From an uncultured Pelagibacteraceae bacterium (lineage in GTDB: Bacteria; Pseudomonadota; Alphaproteobacteria; Pelagibacterales; Pelagibacteraceae): a stretch of 64,000 nt of DNA. Below the pieces are notes generated by a model that ran no database searches, was not told where the DNA came from, and saw nothing but the letters and a program-made list of their open reading frames with translations. Positions 52,067 through 61,141 of the stretch are shown here, in pieces (within the stretch, counting starts at the first letter, position 1; each line of letters opens with the position of its first letter). Made by a program: the position numbers and the translations under genes. The stretch covers positions 198 through 64,197 of the forward strand of contig CACICY010000004.1 of NCBI GenBank assembly GCA_902585265.1, read 5' to 3'.

Positions 52067-53149
52067 ATGAAAAAAAAAAGTTTTGGAAAAAAACAAGATA
52101 ATAGTAATCTAAATTTTTTTAAAACCTTGTTAACAAGTTTAGCTATAATTTTAGTATTCTCAATTTTACCAAATTCAGTTAGTTTTATTAAAAACAATTT
52201 TAAATCAAATGAAGTTGTTCTTAATTCCTCAAAACAAAGTTTTGATGAAATATTAGATAAGCAGAATAAAAAAAATAAAATAATAAAAGATACTATAAAA
52301 GATAGATTTTCATGGAATATTTTCGAAGACATTGATGTTTTTGGTAAAGATGAGGAGGATAATGATCCTCAAAGATTGAGCGCCTCAACAATTGAAGAAC
52401 TATTTAGAGATAATGGATATGATCTTGATACTGTTAAAAAAACTAAATTAGTCAATGTAGGCAATCAATTAACAAAGCTTCCTAAAGAACTAAAAAATAT
52501 TGAAAGTCCCAAAAAAAGAAAAAAACTATTTATTAAAATTGTACTACCATTGATTATTGAAGAAAATCTTAAAATAAGATTTGATCGAAAAAAACTTTTT
52601 GAAATTTTAAATAAAAATAATACCTCATCACGTGATAAAGCTTGGGTTGAACTAAAATTTAAACAGTATGGTATTAAAAATAATGATTTAGCAAAACTTA
52701 AAATAAGAATGGATGAAATTCCAGTTTCATTAGCAATAGCTCAAGCTGCAAAAGAAACTGGTTGGGGAAGTTCGAGATTTGCACAAGAAGGTAATGCATT
52801 ATTTGGGCAGTGGACTTGGTCTGGTGAAGGTATTAAGCCTTTAGAAGTTGAAAAAGATAAAAAACACAAAGTCGCAAAGTTTAAAATTTTGAAAGCTTCT
52901 GTAAGAGCTTATCAAAGAAATTTAAATACACATCCTAGCTATAAAGAATTTAGGATTGAAAGAGCAATTCAAAGAGATAATGATGAAAAGTTAGACAGTT
53001 TAAAACTAGTTAATTTTTTAGAAAAATATGCCGAAACAGGTAGAGAATATACAGAAGTTCTTAAAAAGATTATTAGTCAGAATTCTTTAACTGATTTTGA
53101 TGATGTAGATATCTTACCAACAAGTTTAAAAATGAAGAATCTAATTTAA
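52067..53149 (+). CDS. Glucosaminidase-domain (Bax-like) peptidoglycan hydrolase
   Basis: N-terminal TM; IPVSLAIAQAAKETGWGSSRF, NALFGQW, NLNTH, YAE. Confidence 0.85.
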   Translation: MKKKSFGKKQDNSNLNFFKTLLTSLAIILVFSILPNSVSFIKNNFKSNEVVLNSSKQSFDEILDKQNKKNKIIKDTIKDRFSWNIFEDIDVFGKDEEDNDPQRLSASTIEELFRDNGYDLDTVKKTKLVNVGNQLTKLPKELKNIESPKKRKKLFIKIVLPLIIEENLKIRFDRKKLFEILNKNNTSSRDKAWVELKFKQYGIKNNDLAKLKIRMDEIPVSLAIAQAAKETGWGSSRFAQEGNALFGQWTWSGEGIKPLEVEKDKKHKVAKFKILKASVRAYQRNLNTHPSYKEFRIERAIQRDNDEKLDSLKLVNFLEKYAETGREYTEVLKKIISQNSLTDFDDVDILPTSLKMKNLI

Positions 53150-54193
53150 AGTAAATTGAGTTCCAAACCATCTCCATCCATCTTTATCTTGCATTGAACA
53201 ATTAATTCTCCCTCTTCTTGGTAAAAATTTTTCAGTAAATATAACTTCAATTTTATCTTTTTTATAATTTAGTTTAGAGTTTTTCCAATCACCACCTTCA
53301 TTTGAAAAGCAATTTATTTTATTAATTTTAGGTTGATCATTAAAAAATTCTATTACTAGTTTAGGTGGATTGTTAGTATCTTCTAAAAATTTTTCTTCCG
53401 GAGTTATGACTTTATATTGAATTGGCAAAAGATTAATTAAAAATTTAAATCTTTCAAGGTCTCCATATTTCTCATTTATTGGAAATCTAGGTAACTCATA
53501 TTTATCTTTATTTAAATCTATAACTCCTGAATGTTGACCAAAAGCATAGTCAAATTTTTCAGTAATATATTTTTTTTGTTCTAAACTATACTCACCGAAT
53601 GGGTATGAAAAAAACTTAGAATTATAACCAAGATTTTTCTCAAATATTTTTACTGATTTAAGAATATCTTTTTCAAATTTTTCAAAATTATATTTTACTA
53701 AGTATTCATGTGAATGTGAGTGATTTCCAATATAAACAAAATCTTCTTTTGATATTTCTGCAATTTCATCCCAACTCATATAACCTTTATTACCCACAGC
53801 CTCTGTCGAAACAAATAAAATGAAAGGGATCTTGTCTTTTTTTAGAATTGGCCATGCATTTAAATAAAAAGAAGAGAATGCATCATCAATAGTAAGTAAA
53901 ATTTTTTTTTCTTCACTTACTTTATTAAACTCTAATTCAAAGTTTTTCGGATTTAAAAATGAGAAATTATTTTCTCTGATAATATTTAAATGTTCTTGAA
54001 ATACATCAATTTTTATATTGGTAGAAGGATATTTATTTTCTTCAAATCTATGATACATCAAGGCTAAAATTCCCTTTTCTTTAGGTTCATATTTTTTGTT
54101 TACAGGATCTGCGTAAGCATTTAAAAAAAATAAAAAAATAATGATAAATTTAATAATTGATGCGGCTAATGAAGAAATTGTTTTTGTGATCAT
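53141..54193 (-). CDS. Polysaccharide deacetylase (CE4) family protein
   Basis: MYHRF, LTIDDA, GNHSHSH, FSYPFGE; probable start MITKT at 54193 (track gives 54220). Confidence 0.88.
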   Translation of the reverse strand: MITKTISSLAASIIKFIIIFLFFLNAYADPVNKKYEPKEKGILALMYHRFEENKYPSTNIKIDVFQEHLNIIRENNFSFLNPKNFELEFNKVSEEKKILLTIDDAFSSFYLNAWPILKKDKIPFILFVSTEAVGNKGYMSWDEIAEISKEDFVYIGNHSHSHEYLVKYNFEKFEKDILKSVKIFEKNLGYNSKFFSYPFGEYSLEQKKYITEKFDYAFGQHSGVIDLNKDKYELPRFPINEKYGDLERFKFLINLLPIQYKVITPEEKFLEDTNNPPKLVIEFFNDQPKINKINCFSNEGGDWKNSKLNYKKDKIEVIFTEKFLPRRGRINCSMQDKDGWRWFGTQFTLN

Positions 54194-54506
54194 CGCTGAT
54201 AAACAATCATATACTAGCAAACATATAAACAGTAGAGAAAACTTTGATAATTTTATGAAACTACTTTTGAAATTTTTGAATGTAAAAAAAATTAAAATAA
54301 GTAATATTCATAGAATATTTGTCAATTTAGGACCTGGTAAATTTACCAGTCTCAGAATTTCCTTATCTGTAGCCAAAGCTATTTGTTTGGCAAATAGTGC
54401 GTTTTTAATTGGATTTAAATCACATGATTTAATTAATAAAAATTATAAAAATTTAATAAAACTAAATAAAAATAAAAGTTTGATAAAACCTGTATATTCA
54501 AGTTAG
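54141..54506 (+). CDS. tsaB: Truncated TsaB (tRNA t6A biosynthesis) homolog
   Basis: LIIDAA N-terminus, VNLGPGKFTSLRISL, PVY end; located upstream of fur-miaB as in other alphaproteobacteria. Confidence 0.75.
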   Translation: MINLIIDAANEEIVFVIIADKQSYTSKHINSRENFDNFMKLLLKFLNVKKIKISNIHRIFVNLGPGKFTSLRISLSVAKAICLANSAFLIGFKSHDLINKNYKNLIKLNKNKSLIKPVYSS

Positions 54507-54514
54507 AATAAACT

Positions 54515-54940
54515 ATGACTGAAACTATAGAACAAATTTGTCAACAGAAAGGGGTCAAACTTACTGATCAAAGAAAAATAATTGCTAAAGTTTTGTCTGA
54601 GTCAAAAGAAGTTTATGGTGAGTCTGATCATCCTGATGTCGATGAGTTATATCAAAGAGTTTCTAAGCTAGATTCAAAGATAAGCATTGCAACAGTTTAT
54701 AGAACAGTTAAGCTTTTTGAGGAAGCTGGCATATTAACTAAACATGATTTCAAAGGCGGAAAAGCAAGATATGAAACATTAGTTGAAAGTCATCATGATC
54801 ATCTTATAGATATAAAATCTGGTGAAATTATTGAATTTGTAGATGAGGAAATAGAAAAACTACAAAAAAAAGTAGCTGAAAAATATGGTTATAAGTTAGT
54901 AGATCATAAACTCGAGCTTTATGGCATAAAAAAAAAATAA
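54515..54940 (+). CDS. fur: Fur family transcriptional regulator (Fur/Mur)
   Basis: LTDQR, HPDVDELY, SIATVYRTV, HHDHLID. Confidence 0.93.
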   Translation: MTETIEQICQQKGVKLTDQRKIIAKVLSESKEVYGESDHPDVDELYQRVSKLDSKISIATVYRTVKLFEEAGILTKHDFKGGKARYETLVESHHDHLIDIKSGEIIEFVDEEIEKLQKKVAEKYGYKLVDHKLELYGIKKK

Positions 54941-55555
54941 ATGGAAAATTTTAAAGTATTAAAACCATTTGGTCCATCAATTGTAAAAATAAAAATGTCA
55001 AATGAAATGATTGAAGAAATAAATCATTATATTGATACAGTTATTCTTGATGATCAAAAAATAAAAAAATTAGATGAGGGAGATAAACTTATTGGAAAAG
55101 TTCAGCAAGAGTTTTTGATGGAGGTAGATTTTATGAAAAAAATTAAATGGGCTGAATTTTTAGCTTCTAATGTTTCCAGTTGGGCCAAAGAAGATTTAAA
55201 AAAAGAAATAAAAAATTTTCAATTAATAAAATCTTGGGTGGTAAGACAATTTAAAAACGATTATAATCCTGTTCATTGGCATACTGGAGACATATCTGGT
55301 GTTGGATATCTTAAGGTTCCTTCTCATCTAGGCAATACATCACAACCTAATAAAAAAACGAATGAAAATGGAAAACTTCAATTAATATTTGGATCTCCAA
55401 ATTTATTCTCAAAATCTACATTTTTAGTTAAACCCGAACTAGGTGATTTTTACTTATTTCCAAATTATTTAATGCACACTGTATACCCCTTTACTGGAAC
55501 AGATGAAGAAAGAAGATCTGTATCATTTAATGCAAAAGTTCAATTTGTAAATTAA
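54941..55555 (+). CDS. Putative 2OG-Fe(II) oxygenase (TIGR02466-like)
   Basis: WVVRQ...YNPVHWH, SGVGYL, FPNYLMHTVYPF, RRSVSFN. Confidence 0.78.
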   Translation: MENFKVLKPFGPSIVKIKMSNEMIEEINHYIDTVILDDQKIKKLDEGDKLIGKVQQEFLMEVDFMKKIKWAEFLASNVSSWAKEDLKKEIKNFQLIKSWVVRQFKNDYNPVHWHTGDISGVGYLKVPSHLGNTSQPNKKTNENGKLQLIFGSPNLFSKSTFLVKPELGDFYLFPNYLMHTVYPFTGTDEERRSVSFNAKVQFVN

Positions 55556-55558
55556 TTT

Positions 55559-56893
55559 ATGAAAAAAAAAAATATATTTATTAAAACATTTGGCTGTCAA
55601 ATGAATGAATACGATTCTAATAGAATTTATGATAATGTTAGTAAGTTAGGCTTTATAAAGACTGAAGACCAAGAAAATGCTGAATGTTATATTCTAAATA
55701 CATGTCACATTAGAGATAAAGCGAAAGAAAAAGTCTATCATGAAATTGGAAGAGTAAAAAAATTATATAGAAATAAAAAAAAACCAATTATGGTTGTAGC
55801 TGGATGTGTGGCTCAGGCAGAAAACGAAGAAATGTTAAAAAGGGAACCATATATAGATATTATTATAGGTCCTCAAGCTTATCACAAAATAAATGACTTA
55901 TTAAAAAAATACGATTTTAACGTAAAACAAGAAGAAACAGAATTTGATACAATTTCAAAATTTGGATACTTCGATCAAATTAAAAATAATAATAATAAAA
56001 TATCTTCTTTTTTAACTATACAGGAGGGATGTGATAAGTTTTGTAGTTTTTGCGTTGTCCCCTATACAAGAGGACCAGAATACTCTAGACCATTTAATAC
56101 AATAATTAATGAAGCTGAACAACTGATTGAAAATGGAGCAAGAGAAATAACATTGCTTGGACAGAATGTTAACGCTTACTCATATAAACAAAACTCTAAA
56201 GAATTTAGAATCTCTGATTTAATAAATCATTTAAATAAATATTCAGAATTAAAGAGAATAAGATATACGACTTCACACCCAAGAGACATGACTGATGATT
56301 TAATAGATTGTTATTCCACTGGTAAAAAATTGATGCCGTTTGTTCATTTACCAATTCAAAGTGGTTCAAATAGAATGTTAGAATTGATGAACAGAAAACA
56401 CACAGTGGATGATTACATCAAAGTTTATGAAAAATTAAAAAAGATAAACAAAGAGATAGAATTTTCAAGTGATTTTATTATTGGTTATCCTGGAGAAACT
56501 AAAAAAGATTTTGAAGATACATATAACTTAATAAAAAAAATTAAATTTATTAATTCTTTTTCTTTTATCTTTAGTCCAAGACCTGGAACAATCGCATCAA
56601 AATTAAAAATGATTGATGAAAATATTGCTAAAGTAAGACTAAATTTAATCCAAAAGGAGCTATTTAATAATCAAATAGAAATGAATAAATCAATGCGAAA
56701 TAATATAATTGATGTGCTTGTGGAAAATAAAATGAAAAAACAAAATAAATTTTTTGGGAGAAATAAATATATTTCACCTGTAATCTTCGACGGAACTGAA
56801 AACAATATTGGTAAAATTGTAAAAGTAAAAATTCAAACTAGTAACCAGAATACTTTGTTTGGGTCAGTATATAATAATATGAAAGCAGCCTGA
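55559..56893 (+). CDS. miaB: tRNA-2-methylthio-N6-dimethylallyladenosine synthase
   Basis: TFGCQMNEYDS, NTCHIR, GCVAQ, radical SAM CDKFCSFC, TRAM end. Confidence 0.97.
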   Translation: MKKKNIFIKTFGCQMNEYDSNRIYDNVSKLGFIKTEDQENAECYILNTCHIRDKAKEKVYHEIGRVKKLYRNKKKPIMVVAGCVAQAENEEMLKREPYIDIIIGPQAYHKINDLLKKYDFNVKQEETEFDTISKFGYFDQIKNNNNKISSFLTIQEGCDKFCSFCVVPYTRGPEYSRPFNTIINEAEQLIENGAREITLLGQNVNAYSYKQNSKEFRISDLINHLNKYSELKRIRYTTSHPRDMTDDLIDCYSTGKKLMPFVHLPIQSGSNRMLELMNRKHTVDDYIKVYEKLKKINKEIEFSSDFIIGYPGETKKDFEDTYNLIKKIKFINSFSFIFSPRPGTIASKLKMIDENIAKVRLNLIQKELFNNQIEMNKSMRNNIIDVLVENKMKKQNKFFGRNKYISPVIFDGTENNIGKIVKVKIQTSNQNTLFGSVYNNMKAA

Positions 56894-56894
56894 A

Positions 56895-57902
56895 TTGAGC
56901 AATTTAAATAAAAAAAATATTATTTCAGAGTTAAAATTTGTATATTCTGAAAATAATACTTTAAATATAATATTTCAAAACAATGATTTGTTATTAGGTG
57001 TTGCAGGAGAGTTTAATAATAATTTAAAAGAATTAGAAAAATTAACGAACACTAGTTTGTATTCTAGAGGTAACTCCATACTAGTAAAAAGTGATCCAGA
57101 AAAAAATAATATAGTTAAAAATGCTATTCAATTTTTAACTGAACAATTTTTAAATAATGAATCAATTGAAAAAAAAGATATAATTTCTTCTATAAATAAA
57201 TTTATGATTGATGAAAAAAATAATTTTGAAAAAAAAGTAGAATATATAATTAAAACTCCAAAAAAGTCTGTAATTCCAAGGTCTGAAAAACAGAAAGATT
57301 ACGTTAGAGCTTTAAAAAAATCAGATATTATTATTTCAGCAGGGCCAGCTGGAACTGGTAAAACTTTTCTAGCAGTTGCTGTAGCACTTACTATGTTATT
57401 GGACAAAAAAATTGAAAAAATAATTTTATCTAGACCCGCAGTTGAAGCTGGTGAAAGACTTGGATTTTTACCAGGTGATATGAGAGAGAAGGTAGATCCA
57501 TATCTTAGACCATTGTATGACTCTTTGTATGACTTATTAGACTTTGAAAAGATACAAAAAAAAATTGAAGTTGGAGATATAGAAATAGCTCCTCTAGCTT
57601 TTATGAGGGGAAGAACTTTAAAAAATTCATTTGCCATTTTGGATGAAGCACAAAATGCCACTGACACACAGATTAAAATGTTTTTAACTAGAATAGGAGA
57701 GAATTCTAAAATAGTAATCAATGGTGATCCTTCACAAATAGATTTACCAAATAAATCACTTTCAGGTCTACATAGATCAAAAAAATTACTTGGCCACTTA
57801 AAAGAAATCTCGGTAGTTGATTTTGATCACAGAGATGTGGTTAGACATCCACTAGTATCTAAAATTGTAAAGGCTTATTCAGATCAAAGCTCTGAGGTAT
57901 GA
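56895..57902 (+). CDS. phoH: PhoH-like ATPase (YbeZ)
   Basis: GPAGTGKT, RPAVEAGERLGFLPG, FMRGRT, LDEAQN, VVRHPLV. Confidence 0.95.
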   Translation: MSNLNKKNIISELKFVYSENNTLNIIFQNNDLLLGVAGEFNNNLKELEKLTNTSLYSRGNSILVKSDPEKNNIVKNAIQFLTEQFLNNESIEKKDIISSINKFMIDEKNNFEKKVEYIIKTPKKSVIPRSEKQKDYVRALKKSDIIISAGPAGTGKTFLAVAVALTMLLDKKIEKIILSRPAVEAGERLGFLPGDMREKVDPYLRPLYDSLYDLLDFEKIQKKIEVGDIEIAPLAFMRGRTLKNSFAILDEAQNATDTQIKMFLTRIGENSKIVINGDPSQIDLPNKSLSGLHRSKKLLGHLKEISVVDFDHRDVVRHPLVSKIVKAYSDQSSEV

Positions 57903-58345
57903 TAAAGGCCAATGTTATATTGGGTAATTCAAACTGGAAAAGAATATTGAAAAAACCAGATGATTATTTAAGAAAAAGACTTAAAATATTATCTAAGGCA
58001 TCTTCATTTAAAAGTAAAAAACATGAATTCTCGATACTTCTTACTAATGATAAAGAGATGAAAAATTTAAATTATCAATTTAGAAAGAAAAACAAAACCA
58101 CAGACGTTTTGTCTTTTCCAATTAAAATTAACAATAAAAAAATATTATATGTAGGAGATATAGCAATCAGTTATGAAATAATAAAAGAAAGATCAAAAAA
58201 AACAAATTTTTCCTTAGAATTTGATAAAGTATGGATTCATGGGTATTTACATTTGATTGGCTACGACCATAAGAAATTAAATGAGTTTAAAAAAATGTTT
58301 AAAAAAGAAAAATCAATTTTGAGATATTTTCATAAAGTAAATTGA
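57899..58345 (+). CDS. ybeY: rRNA maturation endoribonuclease YbeY
   Basis: LN..FR, TDVLSFP, GDI, HGYLHLIGYDH. Confidence 0.93.
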   Translation: MIKANVILGNSNWKRILKKPDDYLRKRLKILSKASSFKSKKHEFSILLTNDKEMKNLNYQFRKKNKTTDVLSFPIKINNKKILYVGDIAISYEIIKERSKKTNFSLEFDKVWIHGYLHLIGYDHKKLNEFKKMFKKEKSILRYFHKVN

Positions 58346-59865
58346 CTTTATTATATAAAAATAAAATATTATTATACATTTTCATATTTTTAATAGGTTT
58401 ATTATCTTCTTTTGGGCTTCCACCATACAATTTGTTTTATGTAAATTTTTTTTCGTATCCAGTTCTTTTGTGGGTTCTTTTATTTTATTCAAAAGATAAA
58501 ATTATCTCTTTTAATCTTGGATGGATATTTGGCTTTGGTTATTTTATTTCAAATTTATATTGGATAACAAATTCATTAACTTTTCAGGACATATTTAAAC
58601 CTTTAATACCGTTTGCATTGATTTTAATACCATTATTTTTAGGATTGTTCTATGGTTTTTCAACTTTAGCTTTCTCACTTTTTAAACCAAAAAAAAATTT
58701 TTTATCCATTTTAATATTGGCAACTTCTTTATCTGTATTTGAATATATTCGAAGTTTTATATTTGGTGGGTTTCCATGGAATTTAATTGCATTCAGTTTT
58801 ACTGATTATTTAGAATTCATCCAATTACTATCTATAACTGGAACTTATGCTTTCAACTCACTAATTATTTTATTATTTTTGTTACCGATTTGTTTATTTT
58901 TTAGATTAAAAAAAAATATAAAAGGAATTATATTTATTATTTCTCTGTTAGTTATTTTTTCTAATTATTTTTGGGGTAAATCGAATCTGAGAAAATATGA
59001 TTTAAAACCAAAAATAGATTTAGGTTTTACAATAAAAATTATTTCCCCAAAAATAAATATTAGTAGATATTTTCAAAATGAAAATCCAAGTCAATTTATC
59101 TCAGAGTTGATTAATATATCTGAACCTGATGTATCAAAAGAAACAGTTTTTATTTTACCAGAAGGAATTTTATCAAGTATTTATTTTGAAGATCTCAAAA
59201 AATTTAAAACTCTTTTTTTAAATAATTTCTCAAAAAAACATAAAATTATTTTAGGTATGAATATTTACGAAGACCAAAATATTTATAATTCTCTTTTAGT
59301 TCTTGATAACAATCTTAATATTTTAGAAAAATATTATAAAAATAAATTAGTACCTTTTGGAGAATATTTGCCATTAGAAACAATATTGCTAAAACTAGGG
59401 TTTAAAAAAATTACTCAAGGTTACCAGTCCTTTTCTGCTGATGATCGAAGAGACCCCATTCGCTTGAATGATATTAATTTTATTCCACTAATCTGTTATG
59501 AAGTTATTTTCTCTGGCAAAATTAATAAAAATAAAAAAAATTATGAATTTATATTAAATATATCTGAGGATGGATGGTTTGGAAATTCTATTGGACCATA
59601 TCAGCATTTCTCTCACTCAATTTTTAGGTCAATTGAGGAAGGCAAATCTGTCATTCGTTCCTCAAATAATGGAATTTCAACTTATATAAATGCAAAAGGT
59701 CAGGTTGTTGAAAAGATTTTAACAACTGATAAGGGATTTATTGAACTAAATTCTTTTAAAAAGTCTGATAAAACAAACTTTAGTTCTCAAGGCAATAAGA
59801 TCTTCTTTTATTTTCTATCTATTTATATTAGTTTAATTTTTTTTTTTAAAATACGGGGGAATTAA
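58342..59865 (+). CDS. lnt: Apolipoprotein N-acyltransferase
   Basis: [28 protein letters not shown]. Confidence 0.93.
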   Translation: MTLLYKNKILLYIFIFLIGLLSSFGLPPYNLFYVNFFSYPVLLWVLLFYSKDKIISFNLGWIFGFGYFISNLYWITNSLTFQDIFKPLIPFALILIPLFLGLFYGFSTLAFSLFKPKKNFLSILILATSLSVFEYIRSFIFGGFPWNLIAFSFTDYLEFIQLLSITGTYAFNSLIILLFLLPICLFFRLKKNIKGIIFIISLLVIFSNYFWGKSNLRKYDLKPKIDLGFTIKIISPKINISRYFQNENPSQFISELINISEPDVSKETVFILPEGILSSIYFEDLKKFKTLFLNNFSKKHKIILGMNIYEDQNIYNSLLVLDNNLNILEKYYKNKLVPFGEYLPLETILLKLGFKKITQGYQSFSADDRRDPIRLNDINFIPLICYEVIFSGKINKNKKNYEFILNISEDGWFGNSIGPYQHFSHSIFRSIEEGKSVIRSSNNGISTYINAKGQVVEKILTTDKGFIELNSFKKSDKTNFSSQGNKIFFYFLSIYISLIFFFKIRGN

Positions 59866-61028
59866 TGAAGAAAAACTTTTTATTTACAAGTGAATCAGTG
59901 TCAGAGGGACACCCAGATAAAGTTTGTGACAGAATTTCAGATATGGTTGTGGATAGCTTTTTAGCATCCGAACCTCAAGCAAGAGTTGCGTGTGAAACTT
60001 TAACAACAACAAATAAAGTTGTATTAGCAGGTGAAGTAAGAGGTCCAGAACTCAAAAATGATGAATTAATCTCGAAGGTTAGAGATTGTATAAAAGATAT
60101 AGGGTATGACCAAGATGGTTTTTCTTGGAGAGAACAAACTAAAATTGAAACTCATTTACACTCTCAATCAGCTGATATTGCAATGGGAGTAGATTCTGCT
60201 GGAAATAAAGATGAAGGTGCTGGAGATCAGGGAATTATGTTTGGTTATGCTTGTAACGAAACAGATGTATTAATGCCAGCTCCAATTCATTACTCTCATA
60301 AAATTCTTAGATTGATGGCTGAAGATAGAAAATCAGGAAAGTTAAGTGGAATAGAGCCAGATTCAAAAAGTCAAATTACTATTGAATACAAAGATGGTAT
60401 GCCATCTGCTGTAACTTCTGTTGTTATCTCTACACAACATTCTAAAGATGTTAACTTGGCTCAAGTTAAAGAACTCTGTATGCCTTATATAGATAGATCT
60501 ATACCTAAAAATTTATTGGGAAGTCTTGATGAAAAAGAAATCTATATTAATCCTACTGGAAACTTTGTGATCGGAGGGCCAGATGGAGACAGTGGTTTAA
60601 CTGGAAGAAAAATAATTGTGGATACATATGGTGGAGCTGCGCCTCATGGTGGAGGTGCATTTTCAGGTAAAGACCCTACAAAGGTAGATAGATCTGCTGC
60701 ATATGCATCTAGATACTTAGCTAAAAACGTTGTTGCGTCAAAAATTGCAGATAAATGCTTAATCCAATTAGCTTATGCAATTGGGGTATCCAAACCTTTA
60801 TCAATTTATGTAGACTTATTTGATAATGACGAAGAAAAAAATATGCACGTTGAAAAACTTATAAAAGAAAATTTTGATTTAAGTCCAAGAGGCATTAGAG
60901 AAATGCTTGGTCTGAATAAACCAATATATGAAAAAACCTCAGCTTATGGTCATTTCGGAAGGATACCTGAAGGTGATGGATCGTTTTCTTGGGAAAAAAC
61001 TGATAAATCAGAGGTTTTTGCTAAGTAA
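59865..61028 (+). CDS. metK: S-adenosylmethionine synthetase
   Basis: [35 protein letters not shown]. Confidence 0.99.
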   Translation: MKKNFLFTSESVSEGHPDKVCDRISDMVVDSFLASEPQARVACETLTTTNKVVLAGEVRGPELKNDELISKVRDCIKDIGYDQDGFSWREQTKIETHLHSQSADIAMGVDSAGNKDEGAGDQGIMFGYACNETDVLMPAPIHYSHKILRLMAEDRKSGKLSGIEPDSKSQITIEYKDGMPSAVTSVVISTQHSKDVNLAQVKELCMPYIDRSIPKNLLGSLDEKEIYINPTGNFVIGGPDGDSGLTGRKIIVDTYGGAAPHGGGAFSGKDPTKVDRSAAYASRYLAKNVVASKIADKCLIQLAYAIGVSKPLSIYVDLFDNDEEKNMHVEKLIKENFDLSPRGIREMLGLNKPIYEKTSAYGHFGRIPEGDGSFSWEKTDKSEVFAK

Positions 61029-61034
61029 ATATTG

Positions 61035-61062
61035 TTGAAAACATATTAAAAATAACTATATT
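61035..61062 (+). promoter_or_regulatory. Putative sigma70 promoter of nusA-infB
   Basis: TTGAAA-N16-TATATT. Confidence 0.45.
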
Positions 61063-61084
61063 TCATCCACATTGTTGAAATTTC

Positions 61085-61112
61085 AAAAATGGGCTTAGGC
61101 CCATTTTTTTTT
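61085..61112 (+). terminator. Intrinsic terminator hairpin upstream of nusA (metK terminator and/or rimP-leader-like attenuator)
   Basis: AAAAATGGGC-TTAG-GCCCATTTTT with a 9-T tract (61104-61112). Confidence 0.85.
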
Positions 61113-61141
61113 GGCTGACAAGAATATGTTAAAAAAAAAAT

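Noticed and set aside
52626-52636. ATCACGTGAT palindrome, plus CGTGAAACA half-sites near 50631 and 63363, as extra parS sites
   Set aside because: Only the core or one arm matches; too many mismatches to the 16-bp consensus
694-57721. Short antisense/shadow ORFs in the track (e.g. 694-909, 3958-4365, 27121-27558, 36776-37198, 46980-47300, 52042-52332, 57299-57721)
   Set aside because: They lie opposite or within well-supported genes, have no recognisable motifs and are expected by-products of codon bias
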